Shown: positions 25,837-39,833, counted from the first letter of the stretch. The stretch is 64,000 nt of DNA from Paraspadella gotoi (GCA_051294375.1 CM119264.1:11321832-11385831), one strand, 5' to 3'. A program made the numbers and translations. The notes: generated from the letters alone by a model not told the origin.

Positions 25837-27048
25837 ATCTCATCTCTCGCTCCTTCTTCTTCATCTCTCTCTCTCTCTCCCTTCGGTTATTTTCATGACG
25901 CGGTTCATTGACGTTTAACTGCTTGTTGGCGGCAAAGTAGAGAGGAAAAAAAGACAGTAAATTATTATGCAAATTGAATGGCTGATACACGGGGAAGAGC
26001 AAATTGAGTTTTGAGAAAATAGAAGTCGAAAAGTCTACCCGTAAAAAAAGATTATTTTTTGTCACGTGAAGGAAAAACAAAAGATAAAGCAACAAAATGG
26101 TAAGATGTTCACGATTGAAAAAAAAAAATTTGGGCAAACAGTTGTTACTGTTTTTCAACCTTCATTCGGAGGTGGCATCCATGAAGTGTTTACGGGGAAG
26201 ATGACGGATCTCGGTTATTACGTCCGTATTTTCGCGCTTTTATCGTTTTGAGGGAGGGAATTTGTTTATTTATTTTTTTACGGTCCGTTTTTTATCCGTT
26301 TCTGTCGGTTTTTCACTTTTTTCGGGGTTCAAGTTTAACTAATTCGTCGTCGTCGTCGTCGCTCTCGTTTTATTCGTCGTCGTCTTAATCGTCGTTTTGG
26401 TCGTCGTCTTATTCGTAACGCGCCGTTCGATTCGTCAAGAAATTTAAAAGGAAAAAAAGTTTTGTGAACTCGGATCGATCCTCACAAAATTCAACCCAAA
26501 AAAAAATGAATTATTTTCTTTAACGACATTAAAAGAATTTTTTTTCTCGTTTTTCCAGAAACGGTCGTCGCAAATCTGGACGGATGTCTTTTTTAAACCC
26601 CACCCCCCCCGCTTTAAAGAGTGTCTGCTCCGAGAATTTTTTTAAAGAAATGGCTGTGACGTATTGTCTGAAACGTTTTGTCGAAAAAAAAAAAATAACA
26701 TTCCCTTACTCTAAGGGCCTTAGAGAGACTTCGAAAAAGAAAACTACATCAGTCCCTCCAGAAATCAGCAAGTCAAGGGCATATATTTCTCCAGAGCCTG
26801 AGAATCGGTAAAACTCGCTGTGTCAGCTGAATTTAATTATTCGCGCGCCTCGAGCCAGCTGTCAAGACAGGGAGGTCAGGGCTTCAAAGACCGGCCGTTT
26901 ACCGTGACGAGTAGAACTTATTCCCGAATATTCTGAGGTTAAAAAAAAAAAATGGAGAAGGCGTTTCGTGGTTAAAGTTTAGGTTAAAGATTGGGTTAAA
27001 GATTAACTCTTAAAGGTTAAAGATTAAAGGTTAAACTTAAGGTTTTCC

Positions 27049-27759
27049 CACCGAGGAGGGAGACGCCGGAAACGGGGTCCATAACTATACGGAAGCCGCG
27101 TTACGACGGAGAACTTTATTCCGTGTTTCTCGGAATAAGACTTTAATATGCAAATTCGCTTCCCCCTTTCCCAGATACGAGGAAGGAATAAGACGATAAC
27201 GCCGGCACTTTCCTTTTTTTTTTATGACGGGAGCAATCTCGCTTCGGTTCTACTGCTACTCTTCGATTCTCCCGACTCCGCGGCGCCGGCTGCAGCTGCA
27301 GCTGCGCGGTGCCGGAGATGTCGTTGAATACTGTATCCACGGATGTCGCCGCAGTTACGGCGTGTCTCGAGCCCTAACAAGCTGTTAAGTAGTAGGCTTT
27401 AAACGGCTTGCTCCTGCGCCTGATTAGCTACATTGCGGTCCTTTATATATTGCGCTTTGTGAAGCGTCAGGTATATCTTTTTGCCAAGCCATGCCAAGCA
27501 TCGAGTTGCGGCGCTGGATCTCGGTCCGCAAATAGGGCGAGGGACCGAGAGTGGCGCGGTTTCGTCCCACGTCAACGCAGATTCCCTTCTGTTGCGAAGT
27601 TGAAAACCGGAACACGGCCTAACCTCATCAGTCAGAGGGGGCGCGCCGCGACCGCCGCGTCGTGGCTTATCTCCTGGCTCAACAACCAATTTTTAAAGCG
27701 GAACTAAAAAATGGTTTAGCGTCTAAAGCCCCCCCATCTCTTCTCGGCAACGTTTCACC
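27049..27759 (+). mobile_element. ~711-bp structured island, candidate 6-bp TSD
   Basis: TTTTCC at 27043-48 and 27760-65; 11-bp closing stem 27051-61/27737-47 (2 G-U); tctcggtcc/ggaccgaga, caagctgtt/aacggcttg, ttattccg/cggaataa. Confidence 0.6.
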
Positions 27760-28488
27760 TTTTCCGCGGTTTTTTTTTTTTTGCTTAATATTTTTCTTTA
27801 ATAGATATTTATGAATCACTCTCTGTCCAACGAAGTTCAAAATATAATTTCGCTAATTGGGTTTAATCGTGAAATTCATTAAAAAATATTTAGTGGGAAA
27901 GCTGGTAAAACTAGTTTTTTAAGTAAATTTAGATGAAAATTAAGATTCATTGAATTTAGTTTTATTCAAAAAATGTTTTGCGACGATAACAACATATGGA
28001 AAAAAAGTTTGATAGTAAAAAAAATTATGTAAGTTATTTATCAAAACGTCAAAATAAGATTACTCTTCTAATTTGCTTCAAAATTTTTAATCGTGAAATT
28101 AATGTTAAAAATAAATGGCCCATATATTACATAATTCGAAATAAGTAGTTCTTTTGTTTCAACTGTGATTTCAATGAGAATAAATGATATTTATTGGGTC
28201 CTCTCGTGGTTTTTTTGTTATGAAAAACAAAAGACAAGCACTCGACTGAATTCAGTCTTGCCTCTTGGCACATGCAACTCGACGTGATACAATACAATAT
28301 ACATCGTTGAACAATTTACTTGCCAGATTTTTTTTTATTTTTTATGAAAATCACAGAAACGTTTTAACTGAAATAAAAAAAACAACGGGTCAACTGAAAG
28401 CCTCTGCTGATGATCGGGACAATTACACCAAAGCATGTCCAAAGTCAAGGACAAGATACGTAGCTAATTTATTGAATTAATTTATAAT

Positions 28489-28781
28489 TTTTCGTCTCCA
28501 GTGTTTAACCAATTTGAAGAGCACTTGAGCAAAAAAAAAAAGTTGTCGCTGGCACTCTTCGGTTCGCAAAGACATAAAACGAGGGAGGTTATCTTCGACG
28601 GCGAGAAACGCCAACTCGTTTTGAAGACCATAAGGCTCAAGAGGAAGCGCGATCGAGTAAGCATCAACGGTTATGGTGCGACTTATGCTGCGTCCATGGT
28701 CCCATTTGTCCTTTTGCGACGACCGAACTTCTCCAACGGATTTCGCCCCCGATGAGGACTCTAATGGGTTCGAGATGAAGG
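28489..28781 (+). other. Structured island without an evident TSD
   Basis: 10-bp closing stem ttttcgtctc/gagatgaagg (3 G-U); gaagag/ctcttc; aaaacgag/ctcgtttt. Confidence 0.5.
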
Positions 28782-29197
28782 GAGAGCGGGGTGGGAGGAG
28801 GAGAGGAGAGAGGAGTAGAGAGAGAGAGAGAAGGAGAGAGAGAGAGAGAAGAGAGAGGGAGGAGAGAGAGAGAGAGAGAAGAGAGAGAAGAGAGAAAGAA
28901 AGAATGAAAAAAAAAACACAAAAAATATGAGGAAAGAAGCGGAAAGAAAAAATAATGATAAAAAAAAGAAAGAAAAGAAAGAAAAAGAAAAAGAAAGAAA
29001 GAAGAAAGAAAAAGAAAGAAAAAAGAAAGAAAGAAAAAAAAGAAAGAAAGAAAGAAAGAAAGAAAGGAAAGAGAGATAGGAGAGATAGAAGAGATAGAGA
29101 ATAGAGAGAGAGAGAGAGAAAAAAGAGAAAGCGCTTGACGAGATTAATAATTGCGCGTAATAAAGGCTCATGAATCTTAAGTCAATTGCTTAAAATC

Positions 29198-29459
29198 CCA
29201 TTTTTTGTAAGACTAATGAAACCATCAGCAAAACGCGCGGACCGAAGCCACCGATCCGGCGCAAATAGAAAAGGGGGCCATAATGGTTCGATTGGCAAAC
29301 GGGGACGACGAAGAGCGCCGCCGTGCTCGATCCCCAGTAGGTGGCCGCAAGAAATTTTATTAACCGAGAACGACGCTTTTACTTGTTATTGTTGTCGTCG
29401 CTGGTTCTCTTCATCATTTTCGCCAAGTGACATCTTAAAAGCGTGGAATTAGTCCTTTC
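29198..29459 (+). mobile_element. 262-bp structured island, 5-bp TSD
   Basis: AAATC at 29193-97 and 29460-64; gactaat/attagtc; acgctttta/taaaagcgt; gggga/tcccc. Confidence 0.55.
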
Positions 29460-29834
29460 AAATCGGCTCTTGGCTTATTCTCGATTTTAAGAAAGAAATT
29501 CTCGTAATTTGCTCGATATATCTGTCAGAAACGATTTTTTTTCTCTCTCTCTCTCTCTTTTATTCTTCTTCAGTTTTTCTTCTTCTTTTTTTAAATTCTG
29601 CGCCTCGAGTCTTTTTCTTCAATGAATACGAAAAATCTTTCTTCATCCTCGCAATTTTCTCATTTTCGTTTTTCCTTTTTTTTCTTCTTTTTAACTTTCT
29701 TTCCTTTTTGTTCTTTTTTCTTTATTCTTTTTTATTCCTTTCCCTTCGCTCTTGGCTCGTAGATCATCTTCTCCAGTTTTTCTCGTTTTTGCAGTAGAGC
29801 GGATTATTTTTATATCAAATATTTGGCAATGCCG

Positions 29835-30069
29835 TAAAGTTTTCTAGAAAACTCTGAAATGTAAAAAATAGGTTCCATGTGCTTAAAGTACAGTTTTTTA
29901 CGACCTAAGGCTGAGGTCGTAAAAAAATAATGCTTTTTAAGTAATTTAATTTCACGATCCTTGTAGTTGTAAGTTTCTTTAATTTTTTTATAATATCAGA
30001 TTATTGAAACTGTACTTTAAGTTAATGGAACCTATTTTTTTACATTTCACAGTTTTCTAGAAAACTTTA
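29835..30069. repeat. MITE-like foldback with ~62-bp inverted arms and an internal perfect hairpin
   Basis: 29835-96 vs 30007-69 nearly perfect reverse complements; tttttacgacct-aaggctg-aggtcgtaaaaa inside. Confidence 0.75.
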
Positions 30070-30130
30070 GGCTAAGCGGCGAAGCCTCAGGCGTCCATTT
30101 TAAACTTGTATATTAAGTGATAAAAAGAAT

Positions 30131-30312
30131 TGATCCTTGAGACACTCTATCAAAGCTTCCCAATGATTCCCAGTCGATGATCTTTTTTTCTTTCTCAGGC
30201 AGTAAAACCATTAGGAGTAGATCATCAACTCTAACGAAAGATGACGCTGGCGAAGCGAAGACTCCCACTCGTTGTCTAGGCAACGATTAGGGAGCCAAAA
30301 TCCCAGCTTTAG
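30131..30312 (+). mobile_element. 182-bp structured island, 5-bp TSD
   Basis: AGAAT at 30126-30 and 30313-17; aaagct/agcttt, gatgatct/agatcatc, tcgttgt/gcaacga, ctccc/gggag. Confidence 0.55.
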
Positions 30313-30331
30313 AGAATGTTTCTCTCTCTCG

Positions 30332-30378
<47 letters not shown>

Positions 30379-30436
30379 ATCATCTTCTCTCTCTCTCATC
30401 TCTCTCTCTCATTTCTTTCTCTCTCTCTCTCTCTTT

Positions 30437-30550
<114 letters not shown>

Positions 30551-32372
30551 CATCTCTAGTCCTCCCACGCCTCATTTTTCCCTCCCCCGTAGCTTGAAAA
30601 GGGGCGAAGGTTATGGAATCTGGGATTGCATTGAGCTTTATTATTTTTTCTCATTTCTTCTCGTTTAGTTCATTTCATCAAATATGCATAAAGTAATTTC
30701 CCGCTCGCCTCCGCGGTTAACGTCTTCTCGGAGCCCAAACTCGTAACAGAGAGAAAAAAGAAAAAAGTAGTCAATCAAAACCGGAAATGGTTCGTGCCTG
30801 TAGAAAAAAAAAACTGTGTTTTTCTATATTAATTCTTTCGATACTTTGTATATTTTTATTATATCCCGAATGTCAACTGTCAACGAAAGTTGCAGCTGTG
30901 AAAGTCGAACTTAATAGGCAATCTGGATTTCGGCTTGAAGAAGAGGAGGAAGAGGAGGAGGAGAAGGAAGAGGAGGGGTAGGAGGAAGGGGAAACAGAGT
31001 GAGCAGCAGTGTTTGTGTCATGGGCAAAAGGGAGGCGTTGTTTATGGCAGGAGGTGACGGTTATAATTTTTATTTCTGATTTTTTGTTGTTTTTTTTTTC
31101 GTTGGCAGAATTGGTGGCGACGCGACGTGGGCGTCTGTGCTGCCATCTATGAACGGAAATCTAAAAAAAAAATATTTGACTCGACGTCGTGCGAAAACAA
31201 ACGAGATGTTGTTTCCAACATTTTATTTGATCGGACAGAGAAATCATTAAATATTTAAAATTCGGAAATGGAGGTGCTAGCGAATTACGACACGGATGAA
31301 TAGAGTTTAAAGAAATCATTACTCAGAATAATGCAGCTTGTCAGTGTTAAATATAAATCTCTATTTTTATTACAAACAAGACCCAATTCCATTCGTTTCA
31401 TTTCAAGACGCGATAAAATATGAGTCTCCCTCTCGACGCTTGTTTTTTAGAAACGTGAATTAATTCAGCAAAAAAAGTGATTAACGATTATGGGCTCCCA
31501 CTTCCGAGTTAATGACTCTTTTGGGATTCGATTTCGATCAGAAACCTAAATGAATTCGCCCGCCATCTTCGTCCTACTCGTCGTCGTCGTCGTCGTCGTC
31601 GTTGGCGTCATCGTTGACGTAGTCGTCTTAATTTTGTCTTCTATGAAGGTACTTAAGATACATTTAAGAATTCATGAAATGAAGCTTCCCCGTTGGAGAA
31701 AAATTTGAAAATTCGTCAACAAACATCAGTTGTCATGTTTTTCAGTCCATCGATACATCAAGCAATCAATTATTCAATAGATCAATGAATCAATCAATAA
31801 TTTACCCGTTTAATCAGTCAATCAAGCATCGCCATCATTAATCCTCGCCCTCAATAACAAAAACAACAACAACAACCACGCCCACAACAATCATCATCAC
31901 CGCCTCGTTTCCCTTTTTTTCATCTCGCCACATCAGTTTTTCATTCTTGTTTAGCCGCTCGACTTTTTTACGGTTGTAAACCGCTGATTTAAGTTGACGG
32001 TCCAAAGAAACTAGAAGCGAAAGCGGGAAGGAAGAGGGGGGGGGAAGACGGAGATTAAAAACGCACGCTCGTCTCGCACGCAGTTTTTTTTTTCTTTTGC
32101 GCGCTCATGAAAACTCGTGCGCCAAAATGGAAAATCGAACTCACGCTCGAACTCGAAGTGGAGAAAAACGGTTAAAACTTACGCTCGACAGATTAAGATT
32201 TTACTTTCAGCGACTCAGGAGATATACGCGCTGCCGGGTGAATTCTTTCGCCGCTGGAGGCGCTGCGGCGCAGATTTCGACGCCGCCTTTCCTCACCGGC
32301 GCTGCGAAGATGAAAGTCTTCGTTTACTTCACCTTTAGTAGGCGGTGGGAGGAAGTGGAGAAAAATGAAGGA

Positions 32373-32456
<84 letters not shown>

Positions 32457-33244
32457 AACAAACAAAAAATAAAAAACAAAGAAAGAAAAAAAAGAAAACA
32501 AAAAGGGAGAAAGAAAAAAGAAAGAAATAAAAAAAGAAAGAATGAAAGTGGTAATGAAGAAATTCGAGGCATATACTTAATATTAAGCGGGCCAAATTGA
32601 AACACTATTTATAACTTCTAATTCTCTCAAAAAAATTTCTTTTTTTCCTTCTCATTACTAAATCGATTTTCAATGCAACTTTTTGAATTAGTTCATTGGG
32701 TTGTTGCACTGAAGCTTTTAAATATTTATTAATATATAACAAATGACAAAAAATTTTTTACAAATTTATTTTTTAAGAACGGATTCCTATAGAGCTTGAA
32801 AATTAAATTAAAGTTAGTACTACATTTTTTAAAATTTTGACAAGAATTGGTTAAAACAAAAAAAACGTTAAAAAATCATCATCATCATCATCATTGGCTG
32901 AATTTTATGGTTTTTTAAAATTTTTATCAATAAACAAAAAAATTTTAAAAATTTGTATTAATAACCTTTATCTAACTTTTAAAGCTCTATCAGAATCTAT
33001 CAAAAAAAATTGAAAAATTCAAAAAAAATTTTTAACTTTATATAGTAATTAAATAATCTTTAAAGGCTCCGTGCGCTTATTAATGAAATAATTTTTTCAA
33101 ATTATTTTTATTTTCATATTCTCTAACAGTCACTTTACCATTATTTATTTGAGAGAACTTCTAGTTTTTCAACCTGTCCGGCCTAATACTTATCTAGGCG
33201 TAAGTAATTTACTCTTTAATAATAATAATAATAATAATAATAAC

Positions 33245-33286
<42 letters not shown>

Positions 33287-33896
33287 TCGCAATTTTCAAG
33301 ATTGCTTATTAAATTAAGAAACTTATTATTATTATACGATGTAACTTTACTCAGGGAAACATCGATGGAAACGAGTGAATGAAACTAAGAAAACTCTCCA
33401 CCATACATTTGAGGCGGCTCTCTCCATTCCATTTAAAAAAAAGCGCCCATTTTCGAGCCACAAGCAAAGATTTAAGAGTCGCTACAACCCGCACGAAATC
33501 CATCATCGGCCGATCTTCGCGACACGAAGGGTTTTTTTTTCCTTATCGCTCACTCGGTCTATTCTCGCGCCCACGCTCTCTCCATTCACAATCACAGCGT
33601 TCACAATCTCCACATTCACAGTCACACGCGCTGCACATCTTTTCTTAGCGAATTTCCCGACCTCGGCCGCAGAGGTCTCGCCGATGTCGGGGTCGAGAGA
33701 TCACGGGGTCTCGGGACATTTGGAAGAAGGCTGGACCNNNNNNNNNNNNNNNNNNNNNNNNNNNNNNNNNNNNNNNNNNNNNNNNNNNNNNNNNNNNNNN
33801 NNNNNNNNNNNNNNNNNNNNNNNNNNNNNNNNNNNNNNNNNNNNNNNNNNNNNNNNNNNNNNNNNNNNNNNNNNNNNNNNNNNNNNNNNNNNNNNN

Positions 33897-33927
<31 letters not shown>

Positions 33928-35285
33928 TCTCCGGAGATTTGGCTTGAGGGTTTTGGTGGCCAGCGATTTGAGTCGAACGTGATAGAGTGGGAAGAAAAAG
34001 AGATAGAGATGGACAAAGACTAAAACAGAGACAGAGTGAGTGAGAGTGGGAGTTTAGGCGAATGAGTCGTGGCGGGAGGATTTGTGTCCTTATGGATTCC
34101 TCGATTATATGAGTAGAAAGAAGAAGATGAAGTCGTGTTTTATTTCAGACTGACTGACTGACTGATCATTGATCGAGAGTCCAGATAGCTCCAGAAGTTA
34201 AGAAGACTCAAGATAGCATAGCTTATTTATCCATTCATAATAATTGTTTATAGTGTTTTTAGGAATTTAATAGACCGATCGTTATTAGCAATTACAAATG
34301 AATAGTTTAAACTTTAAACACGAAAATTGCCGGCAAATTCGGCGCCTGTCCGTCCGTTGTTGTTGTTGTCGTCGTTGTCGCCTTTGACTGCGTTTTCCCC
34401 GCGTGCGGACTCTTAATCTCTGTCCTTGTTTATCTCTTTCGTCTTTCGTCTTTCGTCTTTCGTCTTTCGTCTTTCTCCGATTGACATTTGGGGTTCTTCA
34501 TTTCGCGTCGGTTGCTAATAGGTCTGCCATCTCATGTAGTCGTAAAGCGCCAAAGAGGTTATTTTTGGGAAATAAGTACCTGTATACTGGTGACACTATC
34601 TCTCTCTCTTCTCTCTTCTCTCTCTCTTCTCTCTCTCTCTCTCTCTCCTTCCTTCCTCTCTCTCTTCTCCTCTTTCCTTCCTCTCTCTCCCTTCCTCTGC
34701 TTCTTCCTTTCTCTCCTTCTGCCAGTCATTACACGACGTTCTCTCGCTCTTCATTAACCCGCCATTTTCACATTTTCCGTCGACTTTCGACCGCTCGCTT
34801 GTTTAAGAAATAATTCATTTTTAGAATTAAAAGACGGGCCGTGTACGATAAGGTCGTTCCTTCACGAGTTTTTCGTGAAAGAGAGACGTAACAGACACGA
34901 AAACGAACGAAAGACGACTTTAATAAGTCTACTCTCCCGAAAAAGGACGAAGAAAGATCGTTACTTAATTTGCTCCTCACTTCGGTATTACTATCGACCG
35001 TCTCACGGTCAATCAAGAGGCCCGCCGAATAAGGCCAAAGACCTACTCGGAAAAAGGAATTCTCTCTCTCGATCAACTGAGCTACTCAAACAATCTTTCT
35101 CTCTCGCGCATCAGAAGATTACAGTACTGTTCCTCTCTCGCCTCTTACGCCTCCTCTGCTCTCTCTCCCTCTCTGCTCTCTACGTCGTACTCATACATCA
35201 TTCTCTCCGCTCATTTCTCTCTCTACTCTTCTCTCTCTGCTCTTTCTCTCTCTTTTTCTTCATTTTACTCTCTCATCTCTCTCGG

Positions 35286-35336
<51 letters not shown>

Positions 35337-35888
35337 TCTCTCTCGGCACAACGCCATCTCTCTCTCCCGTCTACCTCTCTCTCTCATCTACTACTCATCC
35401 TAAGCGCAACGCGTACTTTCCTCCGGTTCTATATTCTTTTAATTCCTCGTGCTCCCGCGTGTTGAGCTTTTCCACCAATCGGATTTTCTCTAGAAATCAT
35501 CCTGGAGAGACAGAGCTCTCTAGCTTCTTGTCCCTCCGCCTCCTTTATTTTCTTTCTCCCTTCGTTTCGGTTGCTTTTACTTCTCTTTTTTCTTTCTTTG
35601 TTACTTCTTTATTTTCCTTCCTCCTTTTCGGTAACTTTTCTTACGTCTTTTTTTCTTATTTCATTTTGTACTATTTTCATCATTATATTTTTAAACTATC
35701 TCTTCCAATGTACACTATGTTTCGCGTATTATATTAACTCATCTATTTGATTCAATAATACATTATGCCATCTTTCTTTCGCTACGTTTTATACTATCGT
35801 CTTTTACTTTTTCTCTCCCATCTTTTACTTCTTCCCTCACGCTTTTTCCTTCAAACTTACTCCAGAGACTTTTCTAGTTCTTGTAGGA

Positions 35889-35921
<33 letters not shown>

Positions 35922-35925
35922 ATCT

Positions 35926-35987
<62 letters not shown>

Positions 35988-36252
35988 ATATGTATTACCA
36001 GCTCTAGTTTATTCTTTCTTCCAGTTAAGTAAAAAAAAAGCGAGTGCATTTCCCGATAAATAAACAAAATAGGATCCCATGAAAAGTAAACAATCGCTCG
36101 AGTAAAAATAACTAAATTTACTAAAATACAAATTACCACAGCACCGAGTACACATTTCATGTTTCGCCTTTTTTAGTCTAATAGTTCTTCAAGTAATAAA
36201 GATTCAAATCTTAAACTCGTTTTCATTGACTTCGTCCGTTCTTTTACATTCT

Positions 36253-37095
36253 TATGCAATATCCCCAAGGCCACGGCCTCCAGTCTCGTCGAACAATAGT
36301 CGGCTCCCTCAAATCATTCCCGGTTTACGTGAATCGTCTTCTCGAGACAAAAACTCTTTTTATTCTACGTCGTCGTGACCATCTGCTTCTCTTCTTTGAC
36401 CAGATCCGGAGTCGGAAGCGACTTCCGGGTTCGCATCCTGGGAGGCGGAAGGGACTTCCGCTTTTGCATACCGAATTCTCGAGGTCGTGAAATTCTCCCT
36501 TGGCTTCGAATTCTAATTACACTTACTATTTAACATTTGCATAGTTATAACCCTGAGGAGACCAATCTGATTTTGCCCGGCGACGCCCCTTATTCACATC
36601 CGGTTTTTCCATGGCCACGTTTCATTCCACTCCGTAGGTCGCGAACTCCGGTTTAATAGTTCTAACTTCAGGTCAAAATGTTCCTCGCGCTTTTCCCTTC
36701 CGGTCTCTTTTGTGTCTCATCTCAGTTGTTTGGACTCGTCCCTCCATTCTTTCGCGCTCCAACTTCTCCGGCGTCTCTGCTCCTTTGACACCGCAAGTCG
36801 GTCGGCCAATTTGTCCGGCATCTCCTGATCGGCGAAAGTCGTTTAGAACGCGGAGTCTGTTGGAAGGACAGTGCGTACTTGGATTCCGAGGATGGGCTTA
36901 ACCGAATTACGACTTACTTATTCAGATACGTATCATCGTTTAAAATCTATGACAAAACAATCAAGGGTCAAAGCCCTATTTATATCTTTTAGTAAGACGG
37001 AGAAGGCACAATAACCGACTATCGTCTGTCTAAAGTCATAAGCAAAGATAGTATTTTTGACGATGAATTATCGGACAATTTTTATCTACTTTGTA
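36253..37095 (+). other. Cluster of 3-4 adjacent structured domains
   Basis: tatgcaa/ttgcata, ccaagg/ccttgg, gcggaag/cttccgc, cctgagg/cttcagg, gtcggtcgg/ctgatcggc, aagtcgt/acgactt, tatgac/gtcata. Confidence 0.55.
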
Positions 37096-39462
37096 ACTCA
37101 AGTTTGAATAACTGTACTTTCTGCGAAGAGAAGAAATTTCTATATAATCATCAAGTGTGCAAAATCATCCGATTCTCTTCAGCTTTGCTCGCGTTATCAA
37201 CTAGATATACTCTTAATAAAACCTTCACAAATTTAATATTATTACCACACACAAAAAACTGGTTGCAAANNNNNNNNNNNNNNNNNNNNNNNNNTCATGT
37301 CATGACTCATGACCAATTGCAATCTGAAGTCGGATGAACCTTCAAAACTGGAATCGTTTAGCATTAACTGTTAAGATTTTTAGTTCATACATAATATATC
37401 ACGGTTTAATAAATGTAGCCTAATGAAAAAAATATACTGCACGAATATTCGCTCCAATCGTTGTAAGTGTATTACATTTTATAATAACACGACCGATTAA
37501 ATTATAAAATTGGCAATTTAAACAATTTCGCCGGGAAAGGAAAAAAAAAAAGTGGCGGGAAAAAACTAGTTCCCTCCGCGGAGAAAAACGGAATTAAGGG
37601 GACGGAGGTTCTTTGTCTCGAGACGCGTGGAGGCGCCGACTATAAATAGATGGCGTCGGAGGAGAAACAATGACAAATTCGGGGACGACGATGACAGAGA
37701 CGAAGACGACGATTTGAAAAAAAAAGTAATGATAGAGAGATGATGATACCTGGAAACAGCGAAAAAGATTTAGGCAAAGACAATTTAATATGAAGACGAA
37801 CTTGAATAGGATGACAAGGTTCGAGAAAAAGACGATGAGGACTGGAAATGATAAAAGGAATGCCGAAACGAAGGACGGACTCAAAAGGGGGAAAAAATGA
37901 AATTTGAGAGACGATGAAGAAAAGAATGACAACCGGAAAAAGAGAGGAAAAATAATGACATCTTTAAATAAATGGAGTCAAAAGGAGATTTCTAAGACAT
38001 CAGAGGAAGGGGGAGGAAAAGCCGAAAAAAAAAGACCTAAAGAGAAACTGAACAAAACAAAGTTCAAAACTTAAGAATAAAACGCTTAACTAATCGAGGA
38101 TGTAGTAAATTTCTGAGGTATGAAACGTATTTTTGTGTATTGTCTTTTCACGTACGCAATAATATAATCGCCTCGAAAAAATTAAAACTCTGAAGACGCA
38201 GAAAATGACAAAGAGAATGTCAACACGGTAGACCACTAAGATGAGGAACAAGACATAGACGACGACGAGAAAGACGACGTTTTAAAACGTGGACGAAGGC
38301 GACGGCAATAACGACGACGACGAGTAAGACGACGAAAATGACTTCGGTGGCAACGAGGGAGGGAAGGAAGAAAATTAATAGAAGAGTTTTGAGAATAGAA
38401 GTTTCAAAAAAAAAAAAGAGAAGGAAGGAAAGAAGAATGAAAAGAGCGACTGAAGTGTGGGGAGAAGGGAATGAGAAAAGATAAATGGGATGGTAGGAAG
38501 AGATGAGAAAGAGAGTGTTACTCCAGTCATAGTGAGAGATAGAATTGTTGCAGATAATTCCCTCTTCTTTCTCTCTTTCGCGAAAGTCGACGCAAGTGCG
38601 GGTGGTAAACCTACTCAGCGCCCTCTATCCAACCGAAGAGAGAGCACTTTTGTTTACTTTGAAGGCGACGTTCGTCTTCGCCCTAATTCGTNNNNNNNNN
38701 NNNNNNNNNNNNNNNNNNNNNNNNNNNNNNNNNNNNNNNNNNNNNNNNNNNNNNNNNNNNNNNNNNNNNNNNNNNNNNNNNNNNNNNNNNNNNNNNNNNN
38801 NNNNNNNNNNNNNNNNNNNNNNNNAGAGAGAGAGAGAGAGAGAGTCTGAGGCGCGAATCTTCCGCGGAACGAGGGAACGAGATTGAGAAAACCGGAAGGG
38901 AGACGAGAAAATGACATCGCGAAATTTATGGTAACAGATGGCCAAAACAAGATGAAANNNNNNNNNNNNNNNNNNNNNNNNNNNNNNNNNNNNNNNNNNN
39001 NNNNNNNNNNNNNNNNNNNNNNNNNNNNNNNNNNNNNNNNNNNNNNNNNNNNNNNNNNNNNNNNNNNNNNNNNNNNNNNNNNNNNNNNNNNNNNNNNNNN
39101 NNNNNNNNNNNNNNNNNNNNNNNNNNNNNNNNNNNNNNNNNNNNNNNNNNNNNNNNNNNNNNNNNNNNNNNNNNNNNNNNNNNNNNNNNNNNNNNNNNNN
39201 NNNNNNNNNNNNNNNNNNCAGAGGTTGACGTCGACAAGAAAAATGTCATTTTCGTTTTCATATTTCAGGACAAGAAGAAAATGACGACAATATGTCACAT
39301 GACACTCGATGGTGAAACTGAATCTTTGATGTTGAAAAGACAAAAGAAAATTCGTTTGTATGAATTTAGTTATGAAAATTTTAATAATTTTTCAGAGAGC
39401 AAAGATTGAAAATTTTATTTTGTATTAAAGATTAACAGAAAAAATAAAATTGAATTTTACCA

Positions 39463-39700
39463 AAATTTGCTAACTAAACAAGGAACGGCTATTCCAAGGT
39501 GTTGCGCCGCATTACTTTTCTTTTTACTTTCTTATCCCTTGTATTTCCATGTAAATACATCACGCTCTGCATCGGAATTACGTCTTTTATTCCTAATAGT
39601 TAATAATATTTCTTTAAAAACAAAAGGCGGCGCTAGTAGTTGCTTATATTTGAGGTTTTTTTTCCTGTTTTATCAAATGAGCAATGAACTATAGGCAAGT
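39463..39700 (+). other. Structured island
   Basis: aatttgct/ggcaagtt, gcgccgc/gcggcgc, tgtattt/aaataca, ttgctta/tgagcaa. Confidence 0.5.
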
Positions 39701-39723
39701 TATAAGCGTTTTCAACGTAAGTG

Positions 39724-39833
39724 GGACCGACCGACGAACAGACATACCGACCAACGGACCAACGGACCGACGGAAGGACAGAACCGTGACTTATTGAGTT
39801 GCTCCGCGAGTATTCGCGGCGCCACTAAAAAAA
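39724..39833 (+). mobile_element. HINE/DINE-1-like element end
   Basis: (gacc/gacg/gaca)n tetranucleotide tract, then gtgacttattgag, hairpin ccgcga-gtat-tcgcgg and actaaaaa, matching the usual HINE terminal layout. Confidence 0.5.

Noticed and set aside
28400-28780. Hammerhead-like words (ctgatga at ~28406; ccgatgaggac...gttcgaga at ~28749)
   Set aside because: Core GAAA and/or CUGA are mutated and stems I/III are absent.
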